From positions 64,666,001 to 64,730,000 of the forward strand of contig OZ287756.1 in NCBI GenBank assembly GCA_965649765.1: a stretch of 64,000 bases of DNA, written 5' to 3'. The position numbers and the translations under genes are program-made. The notes beneath the pieces are model-generated. The model did not search any database and was not told the origin of the DNA. It was given only the letters and a program-made list of their open reading frames with translations. Below, in pieces: positions 12,536 to 24,610 of this stretch. The stretch is from Bispira polyomma (taxonomy: Eukaryota). Each line of letters starts with the position of its first letter. Position 1 is the first letter of the stretch.

Positions 12536-14130
12536 AAATATTAAATGACACAAAACTAACTCATAATCAGTGTTTTAAAAGTGATAAATGTGATTTTTGG
12601 TTGGTCTCAGTAGTAGTGTTTTTATCTCTACTATCACTTTAAATAAATGTATTGCAAAAAGTATACAACGTTGTGGTTATTTGTCTCAGAACAAGAATTA
12701 AAAATGTGACTTAATGATTTTTAAGCATTTTCTTAGGGCCAGGGGAATCGGTGATTCTACTAGTGGAGACTCCGATCAGAGTTTCCCCAGTGGAAACTGC
12801 GATTGCAGCCCTTAAACAATAGTTTGGCATCTCCACTACTGGAAACTTCAATTGGGATTTCCAGTAGTGGAATCGCCAATTCCCCTGAATCGCAGGCTCC
12901 ACTGTGACATATACATGTGGAAACTTGGCACCTATTCCAGCAAAACTTAATATATATCTGTCTAAAGGATAAGGTCTAATACAATAACAGGGCCTGGTGA
13001 TTCCCTTGTCTAAAAATCAGTAGAGGTTAACATAATTCAAAATGAAACTTGAGTAATATTCAAAAGCAAGTCATTGATGAAGTTTATCTTTACAACTCTG
13101 GGTTCACACAGAGAGTAAAAAATTTGGGTGGATATTATAAGAGTCCATGCTTAAATGTGGCCACCTGGCACTTCTACTAATTAAAACTGATATCCATATA
13201 TCTTCGTCTAAAAGATAATGTCTAAGGTAATAACAGGGCTTTGTGATTCTCTTGTCTAGAAATCAATAGAAGTTAACATAATTCAAAACAAGACTCAACT
13301 AATATGCAAAAGCAATAGAAGATTAAAGATGCTATAAGATAAACGTATTAAGTCTACCTATCAGTTTAATTATCTCTGCTGAATCTCACTGGAGGGATTC
13401 ATCTTCACCTGTAACCTTTACCTGAATACTAGCATGTTTATAATCATTTAAAGTTGCAGTACCTGTCAAATGGAATAGTTTTAGATTTCACTGCAGTAGG
13501 CTGCACCGCTGCACTGATGCTTTCCAGATCCACCATCCTTCTGAGACTGATTACGCTTTCTGGACAAGGCAATAATCACAGTCAGGTCCAAAACACATTC
13601 GGTCCCACTGTCCGATGATGCACAATATTACACAGTACTCTGATTTGGTAGCCATTTTAATGTTTATCATCTACGCTAGCTCAATTCTACAAGTCGCCTC
13701 ACTTTTCCTGAAATCACACAGTAAGAATTTTGCAGACTATGCTTGTTTTTTTGGGTGTGTAGAAGTTTAACATTTAGAGGTTTAAGAAGTTAAAATCTAA
13801 AAAAAATGTGATATTAATATATTACCTCACAAAACATGCATGTTTAAGCAATCCTGACATTTTAAAATTGAGTGAATATATTCAATAAGACTAGCACTAA
13901 TTGAAATATATATCCATGTCAGAGTAATCCCTAGAGTGTTAACCCTGGACACCAAATTGACTTTGAATTGGAGATTTAATGAAATTCAACACTGTCTATG
14001 GGGAGTTTGTACTCATATAATCATCCATTTCACTGTTTTATGAAGTAATTTAAACCTCAGCCATTGCCTCGAGTGAACTGCAAGGGCAAACAAATCCCAG
14101 GATGATGTTGTTTCATCTAGGCTTCATTTC

Positions 14131-14515
14131 ATGTTGAAGGACTCTGCATAAAAAAACAGTTCAAAATACATGTTTTTATTGAATTGTTGGAGGAATATAC
14201 TTGGTAAAGAAAGAAAGGTCAACAAAGTTTCTGGAATGAAAACATTTTTAATTACATATCTATTGATTGCCCAAAACATGAAGTTTCAGGTTACTACATA
14301 ACAATTAGAGTATATATAAATTACATGTTGAGGGACTCCCTGCATAAAAAAAGCAGTTTGAAATACATGTTTTTATTAAATTGTTGGAGGAATATACTTG
14401 GTAAAGAAAGGTCAACAAAGTTTCTGAAATTTTTTTTTTTAATTACATATCTATTGATTGCCCAAAACATGAAGTTTCAGGTTACTACATAACAATAAGA
14501 GTATATATAAATTAC
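14131..14515. repeat. ~195-bp tandem duplication (2 copies)
   Basis: atgttga.ggactc..tgcataaaaaa..ttggaggaatatacttggtaaagaaag.. at ~14131 and ~14325. Confidence 0.88.
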
Positions 14516-15792
14516 CTGGATGTACATTACAAAGTTGATATCTTCTATAGTTTTTTTATTTGGGCAACAGTGATAAAACCTCCAATGTATTTGTCCTGTC
14601 CACCAAAATAGCTACTGAGGGTCAAATTATTTGTGCCACAGCTGGGACAGATTTAAAATTCTCCTTTGATGCAGTTTGTATTTTTCCTGTCCTACAGTTT
14701 CTTGGCATATAATTTGTACTTATATTGGGAGGAGGGATGCCTTTAAATCCAATTACTGTTACTATTTATTGACACTTTACAATTCCACTGTGGTTCATAA
14801 ACCCCTGTTTTGACTCACTTTTTATGACTCTGCTGTATATGTTTTAAAAGCCACCCCCACTCTGTGGGATTTCAGTCTGTTTTATTTATAGTGTGTGTAG
14901 GATTCTTGGGGATAATAGTATTACTGTGGCCCTCTTTCGTCGTATATCCTTTGTATGTAAAAATACATACATAAGGGAGGCTAGAGCCACTCCTTTCATG
15001 TTGAAAACAACCATATCCCTTTTACCAGATAAAGTTGCAGTAAAATAAGAAAATATCACCTGTGGGTGGAATATATGTTGAACACTATTTCGTAAAGGTA
15101 AAGGGTTGTTGACATTCAATGGATTATAAATATCAAGCCATTAGTTTGAAACAAGTTTATTATTGTTTGGTCATATGCAATAAATTACCTGTAAATAAAT
15201 ATTTGAAAAGACTTTGAATGAAATGTACTTGCGGTGGTTTTGTTCTGTTTAATACAATATTGTATTTATAGTTATATTGATCAAAATTGTAGATCATTTT
15301 TGCTGACAATTTATTGCATGGGAAATTACACAAGGTGATACAATTAATGAATGTAATGACATTCTTGTAAGTAGAAAAAGAAACAATTACCAACAAGGTA
15401 TGCCTTCATGTGTAAAAGTTGACAAAAATATTCACTAACTTTCTTGTTTCCCTCTATCAAGGACAATACAATATTAAATTGTTGAAGTCTACATTAAACT
15501 GAAAAATACACAAACATCATAATGTTGTTTCACCAGTTCATGGCTGCATACAGGCCTAATATGACCAAATTAACTTGTGTGTATAACATTTAGATCATTT
15601 TAATATTTGACAAAATTAACATAAGATACTGGGAGACGTTTGGCAAAAATACAACAATGTAAACTGTCCTTTGTATATGAAATATTTTCTTAAATTAAAA
15701 ATAATCAAAGGGAGTTTACCAAGAACATATTGGAGTCATTTCATAATGTGTTGTGATTTAAAGACCACATCCCACCATACACAAACACCAGT

Positions 15793-18430
15793 GTGCTTCC
15801 CACAAACAATCCTGGGAGTAAACACTTCATTCATAGTACCAAGATAATTGAAGGGGGCATAATATATCAGGCCGAGTATGTCCTGGGCCTTAACCAGACC
15901 CTTAATAAAAGACTAAAACTGACAAAAGCCAAACAATTTGCCACCCACAAATTGTGGGATTTACAAAATTACTTGAATGTGGGATATATCCCACTTACTG
16001 ACATGGGACAAAGAGTAATTGACCATTCAGTAACTTGGGGCCCTGTAGACATATTTACCCTACATAAGCAACTTAGGTGGGATGGTGGCCTAAATTACAG
16101 AGGTTTGCCGAATACTGGGACTGAGAGCTCCCCTTACTGATTAAATTCGGATTTCCTCTCGATTTTGACAGGCAGTGTATTCGAAAGTCGGATCCCATTA
16201 ACCACACCTCAGCTAAAAATTCCCCACTCATATTGACCATTATTTGAAGGAAGAGTGTAAATTTTTGGCTTTATATGGCCCCTTCAAAGAACTACCCATT
16301 TCTAATCTTCACACATCCCCATTCATGACAAGGGACAAGTCCAGTTCGGATAAACGTCTTGTTATTTTTTTTACCTTCGCAGGCCAATAGGGGAATCTGT
16401 CAATTCTGGGGTTACCCCAAATGTTTATTTAAAAAATGAATTCTTATTAACCTACCCTTATATTGACAACATTACTAGTCAATGGCATTACATGGAAGAG
16501 GCACCCAATGTTGGCCGGGCTTTTCACCATGTGACCATTGATCCAGGAGACATCGACCTGTTAGGCCTTTTCTGGAATAATTATTATGTAGATGGATCCC
16601 TATCCTTTTGGTTATAAACATGGATCCGCTATATTTCAGAAGATCTCAGATGATATCCGGTACATCATGCAGACTGAGAGCCATACAGTGTTGAACTACA
16701 TAGACAATATCTTATGTTGTTCATCCCCCAACAAAATATATGCTACTTATGAACGTTTGCAGGTTTTGCTGTTCGAGCTTGGTCTCACCCTCAGCCACAA
16801 GAAACTGGTCCCCCCACATACTCGTGTGACATGCCTTGGCATAGTTATTGATACTGTGGTATTTACAACCTCCATTCCGGAGGAAAAATTGCAAAGTATT
16901 AAATATATTTGAACACAGTCGGCCAACAAACTACACTGTAGTAAAAGAGAATGCCAATGTTTATTTAGATCACTATTATATGTGCTAAAATGTGTCAAAT
17001 ATGCAAGGCTTTTCCTAAATAGGATGCTTCAGCTTCTCAAGGATCACCACCATTGTAAACAAATAAAAATTACTACAGAAGTCAAAAAGGATCTTAATTC
17101 GTTCCAAGTGTTTTTGGACAAATTCAATGGGGTTACTTTCTTTTATCATGAACCTATTACGGCTATTATAGAATTAAACGCATGTCTTACACACATAGAG
17201 AGAGTTTATGGCAGTCAAGTATACACTTTGGCCATTCCTCATGAATTACAGCAACATAATATTGCTTCCCCCGAGATGCTGAACATATTCATAGCACGAA
17301 AATTATGGGGTGTCCAGTGGCACGCCCAACATGTAATAATAAAATGTGACAATCAATCAGTTGTCAGTGTCCTAACTACAGCCACTTTAATGTGGAGTTA
17401 AAAGTCACACATATTCAGATAGCAAACTTCTCCACCACTTGCTCTACAAAAATGCTACCAAAAAACTGCACCTGGCCTTCAGCAGGCCAATCGACAGAGC
17501 CTATGCTGCCATGTATACTTGGCTTATACTGCATTAATGGAACGACCTTGCAATCAGGTAACTGTATATAACCTCATTTGTTTCCTAGAAGTATAACATT
17601 TTAACTCTGTAGAACTGGCTCAAATGGCCAATTACCTCTCTGCTATTAAGGCTCAGTCCATCCTGTGGAGTCTAAGTGTGCTGGTGTTCAGCGACCCTAA
17701 AGTTGCATATTATCATAAAGCAGTCAAAATGTCAGCTGCTTCTCAAAACACCTACCAGGAGGTTGTATTCCAAGCAGTGTACCTGCTCTGCTATTTCTCT
17801 TTCGTGAGATTATCAAATTTAGTGCCATATTCGGCCAACCAGCACTCACCCCATTAGACATTTGGCTAAGGGGGATGTCATGTTAAGACAGGATAAAGCT
17901 GTCATTTTCGTGAAATGGTCAAAGACCATCTAAACCAACAATCAAATAAAACTCATTACTATATCACGCCTATCAGGATCACCATTGTGCCTGGTTGGCG
18001 CTTTGAAAGCAATAATGGCAATCACCCCTGGTGGTGACAATGCAGCTCTCTTTCAATTTAAAACCAATCACACGTGGCTCCCGTTGAGGGACACAAAGGT
18101 GCGTCGACATTTATCAAACATACTAAAAATGTTACAATTACATAACTCAGGACTTACTTTCCATGCTTTCTGTCGTTCAGGTGCAACCTTTGCCTTCAAT
18201 CATAACGTCAGCATTCAAAACATTCAACAAGATGGCACCTGGACTTTGGGCTGCGTGTGGAGATACGTCACCGACACTGTAGATGCTGGACAGGAAGTGG
18301 ACAACATCTGGCTCCTTAGGCTTCCTACTCCTATTAAGTTGGGGTTTTGGTGATCCTATTACATGTAAAGGGCTAATGCTTGCCTTCATTTTATTATAAA
18401 AGTAGTTCTAGTTAACACTAAATTATTATA
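15793..18430 (+). mobile_element. Degenerate tyrosine-recombinase retrotransposon (DIRS order, Ngaro/PAT-like)
   Basis: RT: NHTSA..YGPF..HTSPFMTRDK, PFGYKHGSAIFQ..LNYIDNIL; RNase H: NIASPEMLN..IKCDNQSVV; YR: YFSFVRLSNL, TFHAFCRSGATFAF..GTW..VWRY. Termini not resolved. Confidence 0.88.
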
Positions 18431-18439
18431 CTTAATGTG

Positions 18440-20060
18440 TAACTATTTAGTTGATTTAAACCGAAGCAAATTATCGAGGATATCGCTCCACAATTGTAAA
18501 AATACTATAAGTAGTAGTTTTACAATTTACAAAATCATTTTAAAATTGCATATACATGTAACTCTACACATCAACTCATCTTCAGTTAAGGTGACCTTAC
18601 CTTGAGTAATTCCAAGCAAACATCACATCATCACAGTAAATAGGGAGAAATGTTTGACATCTTTTGTTCTCCCAAACAAAACCTGTTTGCTGAATGAATC
18701 AGTCCCCATTTGAAGGCCGACTCCTGTCAAAATTGTTGGCATAATATTTTAGCCATTTTACTGAGCACCATTTAAACGGCAATAAAATGAAGGGACAAAA
18801 AATAACAATCAGAACAGTAAAAAAATTACTGCATTGCCTACTGCTTTGATTTAACTCGATTTTTATTTTAAAAAATGGTTTTATATGCTCTCATATTCCT
18901 ATAGTTTTTTTAAGAATGTTGTAATCTTGTTTAACTTACAATGGGTGTTATTGTATTTGCTAATATTTAAGTATTTGCTTATTTGGTTCACACATAGCAA
19001 AACCCAAGATGTACCAGGTCAAAGAAGTGCATAATCAAAACATAAAAAAACTTAATTGGTGCACATCAGTGCCAAATAAAACTAACAGCGAGTAGTATAA
19101 AAAAAACTCGCAACTAGATAATCATCCTTATGGTTAACACAATTATAACTAACTTACCAACAACTTACATAGAACAAACAAATCACATTGTCGTTAAACA
19201 TATAACTTTGGAACGGTTTTTTTAGTGAAAATAAATTAAAACATAGAATAGTCACTATCAATCTACAAACTTACTATCTCTTTATACAGATAATCGTACC
19301 TCTTACTTAATATGGAACAGTAGGCGAGGGACAAATCAAATCTGAAAATAATCCATTGTCATCAACAACTGACCTCATGAAATTGATTTTGTTGCCCCTC
19401 ATATCACAAACATTACAAAAGTAAAATGACTAATATAAGATACTGGGAGACGTTTGGTAATAATACAACCTGGTAAACTGTCATTTGTATATGAGATATT
19501 TTCTCAGATCAAAAATAATGAAAGGGAGTTTACCTTGGACATATTGGGGTCATTTCATATTGTCTTGTGATTTAAAAACCACATCCCTCCCACACACAAA
19601 TACCAAAATAATGTTTTATCACAGTCTCTGAACCCTTAATAGGGTTGTTGAGGTTCACATTTTAAGCAGTTTTTATGCTTGTAATAAGGTCAGCAATTTG
19701 CTTAATCCTTTAATACATTTGACAATTGGTCATTGATACATACAGAAAGAGCTATCAGGGCGTTCAACTTGGCAGCATTTATTACTGTTTTGTTTGTACA
19801 ATAAAAAAAATGTTTATGAATACATATTTGACAACACACAGAACTATTGTTATTTTTTTGTGATAATCCTACTTAAAAATTTATATTGATAATACTTCTA
19901 CCAATAAATGGTAAAGTACATGTTCCTAATAGGAACCATTAGCACACAGAACATAAAAGGAGATAATTACCTGATTTGTAAGATGTCATAATTGATCAAA
20001 GTCATGGTCATTAATGTCAAAATGACTACAATGCCAAGCAAAGAGTCATAGCAAATTATC
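18440..20060 (-). pseudogene. Paralog P3: internally deleted putative LRR-GPCR pseudogene
   Basis: 18440-19415 is a direct paralog of 8890-9750 with DMRGNKINFM (19376-19405), SSCE (19107-19118) and CQTFLPIY..FAWNYS (~18603-18655); joined at ~19416 to the N-terminal segment homologous to 1063 onward. Confidence 0.55.
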
Positions 20061-20879
20061 ATTTTTTTAGGAGTTTAAAGAAAGTTATTTTAAAAAGGCG
20101 ACGTAGAAATGTTTTTGCAGATATATGTAGAAAGTTATCATATATACAAGTAAACTTATGTTTCTTTAGGCAGATTTCCATATACTAGTTTGCAACAGGG
20201 TTAAATGTCTATAATGGAGATAAAAATTAAAATGCTACTTTACCATTTGCCATTTGGTATGTTTAAAAAGACAGGTAAAACTGAAGAAAGCTGTGAATGT
20301 ATTGTACCTGTGGTGGAGTAGCTATTTAAAAATAAAACATGCAAATGAAAAAGTGTGTACTATAAGAACACATTAAAGAAATGCCTCAAATCTACAACTG
20401 CACACTGCAGTATTAATAACCATGAGTTTAAAATATTATCTATTATTGATACAAAAATAATATTGGTTTACATGAATTGTTTCCCAGGTGATAACTATTA
20501 GGGTCTTGTTTGGTATAATTAGATTGCGCACAAAGAAATGTGTGCTACATTATAAAATTATGTTACAATTCATTTTGGAAATGAACCAAGGGTTTATAAA
20601 AGCATTCTTCTAAAGAAGCCTTCCCTATATGGAAGTATATTTTTATCATAATTACAATCATTATATTGTTGTCTGTTACATGATATGTTGTATTTGTCTC
20701 AGTAAAAAATGTCAATAAAGTAGGTCATTTGTCTGCCGCCTGGGGTATTGTTCTGCTAAAAATACAGCAGTGACATATGGTACCTCTTTGAAGTGATGAT
20801 CAATTAAAACATATTTTTATGTTCAATCTGTGTGTATGCAGTTTTAAAATGTGTTATATAAATGCAATATTAAAACTTA

Positions 20880-21155
20880 CTTTTATTTCGCCTTTATGTT
20901 TTACTTCTATAGGGCACCGTCGATGAACAGGTATCCTCGATGTCGCACATGCCAGTCAACATGCAAAATAACAGCCAGATAGGAGCAAAACATTCCTGAG
21001 AGTTCAGTCATAATCAGCTGACGAATGTTACGACGAAAAAAAAAACAAGTTGATACAGATGTGTTTTGAGATGTTTTTCTTCGGAAGCCTGTAATCCTTT
21101 GTCTCAGTACAAAGACTGGCAGGGAGACTATTTCATTCAGCAGGTGCTGCAAATG
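20880..21155 (-). mobile_element. CR1/L2-clade LINE 3' fragment
   Basis: SLPV..RITGFRRK-type ORF2 end; gaagcctgtaatcctt(t)gtctcagtac shared with 41310-41337. Confidence 0.6.
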
Positions 21156-21164
21156 ATAATGAAC

Positions 21165-22790
21165 ATGCTAATTTTTAGGTAAAGGTTACAGGTCGAGATT
21201 AATTCCTTTGGTGAGATTCCAAGAGATATGGTAGATGACAGGTAGGCTGGCTGTTGCATATGGACAATATGGAAATAAGAGTGCGTGGATAGAAAATGTT
21301 TTGGTATAATGATCTGAACTTAGTGTAACATTCTTTATCAGAATGTTAACATTAGCATGTTTAATCTTCTATATCTTGTTTACCATTACTTTTAAATACT
21401 ACTTGAGTTTCCTTTTGAATTATGTTAACTTCTATTGATTTCTAGACAAGGGAATTATAATGCCCTTTGGTTGTCTAGACAATATTCTTTATACAAAGAT
21501 ATATATGTATCAGTTTTAATTGGTAGAAGTGCTAAGTTGCCACATTTATACATTGACTCTTATAATATTGTACACAAATTTGTTACTCTCTGTGTGAGCC
21601 TTGAATTCTAAAGATAAACTTTCTCAATTACTTTTGTTATGATTAAATCTTGACACAGGTTAACAGTGTTTAAACTCATCTTTTTATAGTGACGTTTTTG
21701 ATGTGAGAAGCAGAAAAAGCCATTCAGTGAAAAACTTTCCAAAGTTATATGTTAAACGACAAAATTGATACCTTTGTTCAATGTAAGTTGATGTTTCTTA
21801 TGCATATGACGTTCAGTATGTGGCTGATTTTGTAGTTGCGAGGTTTTTCTATACTGTTGAAATACTCTAGTTTTTCAATTAATTGTTTGGTATGTCTTTG
21901 TCCTAGTACATATTATGTATTGATATGTATGAAGAAATTACGCAAATACTTAAAATAAATATATTACATATTGTAAGTTAAACATGATTACAACATTGTT
22001 AATAAGACAATATAAAGATGAGAGCATATGGAACAACTTTTTCAATGCCAATCAGGCTAGATCAAAGCAGGGAGCAACACAGTATTTGTTTACTGTTCTC
22101 GCCTTTCTTTCCTTGCCCTTTCTTTTGTTGTCCTTTGAATGGTACCGAGATATATGACTAAAATATACAGCTAACAATTTTGACAGAGGTCGGCCTTCAA
22201 ATGGGGACTGATTAATTCAACAAACATGTTTAGTTAGAGAGAAAAAACATCAACTATTTCTTCCTCTCTGCACTAGAGTATGTGATGATTGTTAGGAATC
22301 ATTCAATGTAAGCTTACCTAAACTGAAGATGAGCTGATATGTAGAATTATATGCAATTTTAAAAGGGTGTTTTAGATTGTAAAACTGTTACTGATAGTAT
22401 TTTTGCTGATTTTTAGGGAGGGGTATCCTTGATTATTGTCCTTGGGTTTGAATCAACTAAGACAAACATACTAATATGGTATGAGTAAAGTATTTATTGC
22501 ATTGTATAATTTGGTATTTGAAGACATAGAATCAAATGTGCATTGACCATATAGTTTATATTATTGGGTTCACTAAATCACATCTTATACATATGTATTG
22601 TCCCAACTGTGACACCAAGTCCTGCATCTTTCTGCCTCAGCCTTCCCTAAGGAATGCTAGCCCTGTCACTACAGAAGAAAAAGGAAATTGAGAACTCTAT
22701 AGTAAACTATTAAAGTCATCTTAATGTAAAACTTCTAAAAATATTTTTTTTGATTTGTATTACTCATATATTTTTTATTAATGGTAGAAC
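21165..22790 (+). pseudogene. Paralog P4 (inverted): LRR and 7TM part of a putative LRR-GPCR pseudogene
   Basis: Reverse-complement homolog of 13435-13070 and 9880-8600; RYICISFN (~21497), CSCE (21831-21842) followed by LVFQLIVWYVFVLV, LLGSLNHILY (22561-22590). Confidence 0.55.
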
Positions 22791-23199
22791 TGCATATATT
22801 TCTAAAGATATGTTAATCTCAAAAGCTATGTCTCTCGGCAAGTAATCAGCATCCGAACAAATATTTATTTTTTTATTTCCCTTTAGTTCATAGCAATAAA
22901 AAATTGTTAATACAGCACATTCCTTTGCTTAAAAAATTATACGTGAAGCCGTTATTGAATGCTGGAAGTAATCTGTGGTGTGTGTTTGTATGACTCCAGC
23001 TAACATATCTGTAACATATTACAGAAAATTTTCTTCAGTCCCTGGTGATAGTTCAGTCTTTTGGTCGAAAGGGTTTAAGAGTTACAAGGCGATAAAGTGC
23101 AAATCCTTAGATTTTCAAGGTTCACGTTTTTGGCAGTGTTTATATTTATTTTATGGGCAGCAATCTGCTTTATTCATTAAAGCTATTTTGATAGTTTGA

Positions 23200-23510
23200 C
23201 ATTGATAAATAGAAAAAAAGTAGTTAAGAGTGTATTCAACTGTGCTGTGTTTATTATAATTTTATTAGTATAATACATACATGTATGTGAGACACACTCG
23301 ACAATTTGTTTTATTCTGTTCCTAATTGTGTTATCTTACCTCATAATATTTCTACTAATAAATTTACAGTAATTTAACGTACACCTTCTTATCACATCAG
23401 ACATAAATAGGGATAAAATGTGATCTTGTGAGATAGCATAATTGAAAATTTCATATTCAATGTCACTAATGTCAAAATTATTACATTGCAACGGCCATAG
23501 TCGAAAAATA
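23200..23510 (-). pseudogene. Paralog fragment P5 (N-terminal segment)
   Basis: Degenerate direct similarity to 19730-20050 and 7970-8120. Confidence 0.35.
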
Positions 23511-23749
23511 TTTTCATCAACGTATTTGAATCATTAGTTTTATGTAAGCTGGTGTTTAATTATGACACTATGTCGCTCATATTTTTGTTTTCGGTCCTAA
23601 TTTACCAGTACTAGTATTATTTGGCACAGATTCACAACAAATTAATTTGCTTCCTTGCTACTTATTTGTCTGGTCACATATAAGGTTTTAATAAGTTTAA
23701 CTTTGAACAAAAATGAAAATGACCAAAGACTAACACTTACTGCATACAA

Positions 23750-24610
23750 GAAAAGACTACAACATTATTATTAAGACAATATTAATATAAGAGCATATGA
23801 AAAAAAAAACACTTTGAAGTTTGTTTTTCACTACTCAAACTAATAATCAGGCTCCATCAAAGCAGAAAGTAATTCTGTATTTTTTACTCATTCTTTCTGT
23901 GCCCTTCATTTTTCTTGTCTCTTTGAATGGTGCCAACAAAAATGGCTAGAATATCCTGCTAACAATTTTGACAGAAGTCGGCCTTCAAATAGGGACTGAT
24001 TAATTCAGCAAACATGTTTTGTTGGGCAGAACAAAAAGCATCAAACCTTTCTGCTTCTCTGCACTGATGATGATTGGCAGGCACCATAAAAGGAAGAGTC
24101 ACCTTAACATGTGATGAGTAGAATGATATGTAATGTTAATAGGGTTTTGTTTATAGTTCTTATTGTATCTTTGCAATTGTAACAAATTAATGCTCAACCA
24201 GTATCTAAATAATTATTCTGATACAAATAGTATTTTGCTTTCTGAAAGGAGTATCCAGTATTTACCTTAGTTTAAATTTCATCCAAGAGACAGATACTAA
24301 AAAGGTATAATTTTGCGTTTTAAAAGATGCCTAGCATCAATAAAGTGCCTTAAAATGTATAATAATAATAATAAAATGAGTATGGTATTCTCGAATAGAA
24401 TCGCTAGGTATTTTAAGAAAGGGGACTGAACTAAGCATTGACTGTACAGTTAAGCTGATTTAAAGCTGTAATACTTGTACATATGTATGGTCACGATTGT
24501 TGGAATCAAATTTTGCAGTTTTTGTCTCAATCTTTCTTTATATAAAATTTACCTCTGTCAACAGAGAAGAAAATATGGAAGTTTAAAAAAGTAAAATATT
24601 GAGGTCAACT
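23750..24610 (+). pseudogene. Paralog fragment P6 (7TM segment, inverted)
   Basis: gctaacaattttgacagaagtcggccttcaaatagggactgattaattcagcaaacatg closely matches 22170-22230; a short L2 tail sits at ~24315-24375. Confidence 0.5.

Larger units (their letters stand above)
9884..12909 (+). mobile_element. Ginger2/TDD-like DNA transposon (integrase-type transposase)
   Basis: tgtcacagtg...cactgtgaca termini; 4-bp flanks tatg/tata; long inner TIR match 10233-10316 versus 12734-12816; host sequence resumes colinearly after 12909. Confidence 0.8.
8560..15790 (-). pseudogene. Paralog P2: most complete putative LRR-GPCR (LGR/GRL101-like) pseudogene, interrupted by a Ginger2-like element
   Basis: Minus-strand fragments in order: RYMDISFN (13180-13203), VVKINFINDLLLNI (13055-13096), DMRDNKINFIRSVIDDNAF (~9680-9737) as LRR-like; hydrophobic stretches; LGSLNPILYIY (8746-8778) as TM7 NPxxY. 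Many stops and frameshifts. Confidence 0.55.

Noticed and set aside
22080-22300. Toll-like receptor TM plus TIR interpretation
   Set aside because: No YDAFxSY or RDxxPG boxes; the downstream NPILY and upstream SSCE favour a 7TM receptor.
21970-22360. In-frame TGA codons at Trp-plausible positions, suggesting genetic code 4/5 (NUMT or Mollicute insert)
   Set aside because: TAA and TAG stops and frameshifts are also common, TGA arises easily from CGA or TGG, and no mitochondrial or bacterial gene motif was seen.
1-24610. Repeated segments as an endogenous virus or Polinton
   Set aside because: No polymerase, capsid or packaging ATPase motif recognised; LRR and NPxxY motifs explain them better. 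Not formally excluded.
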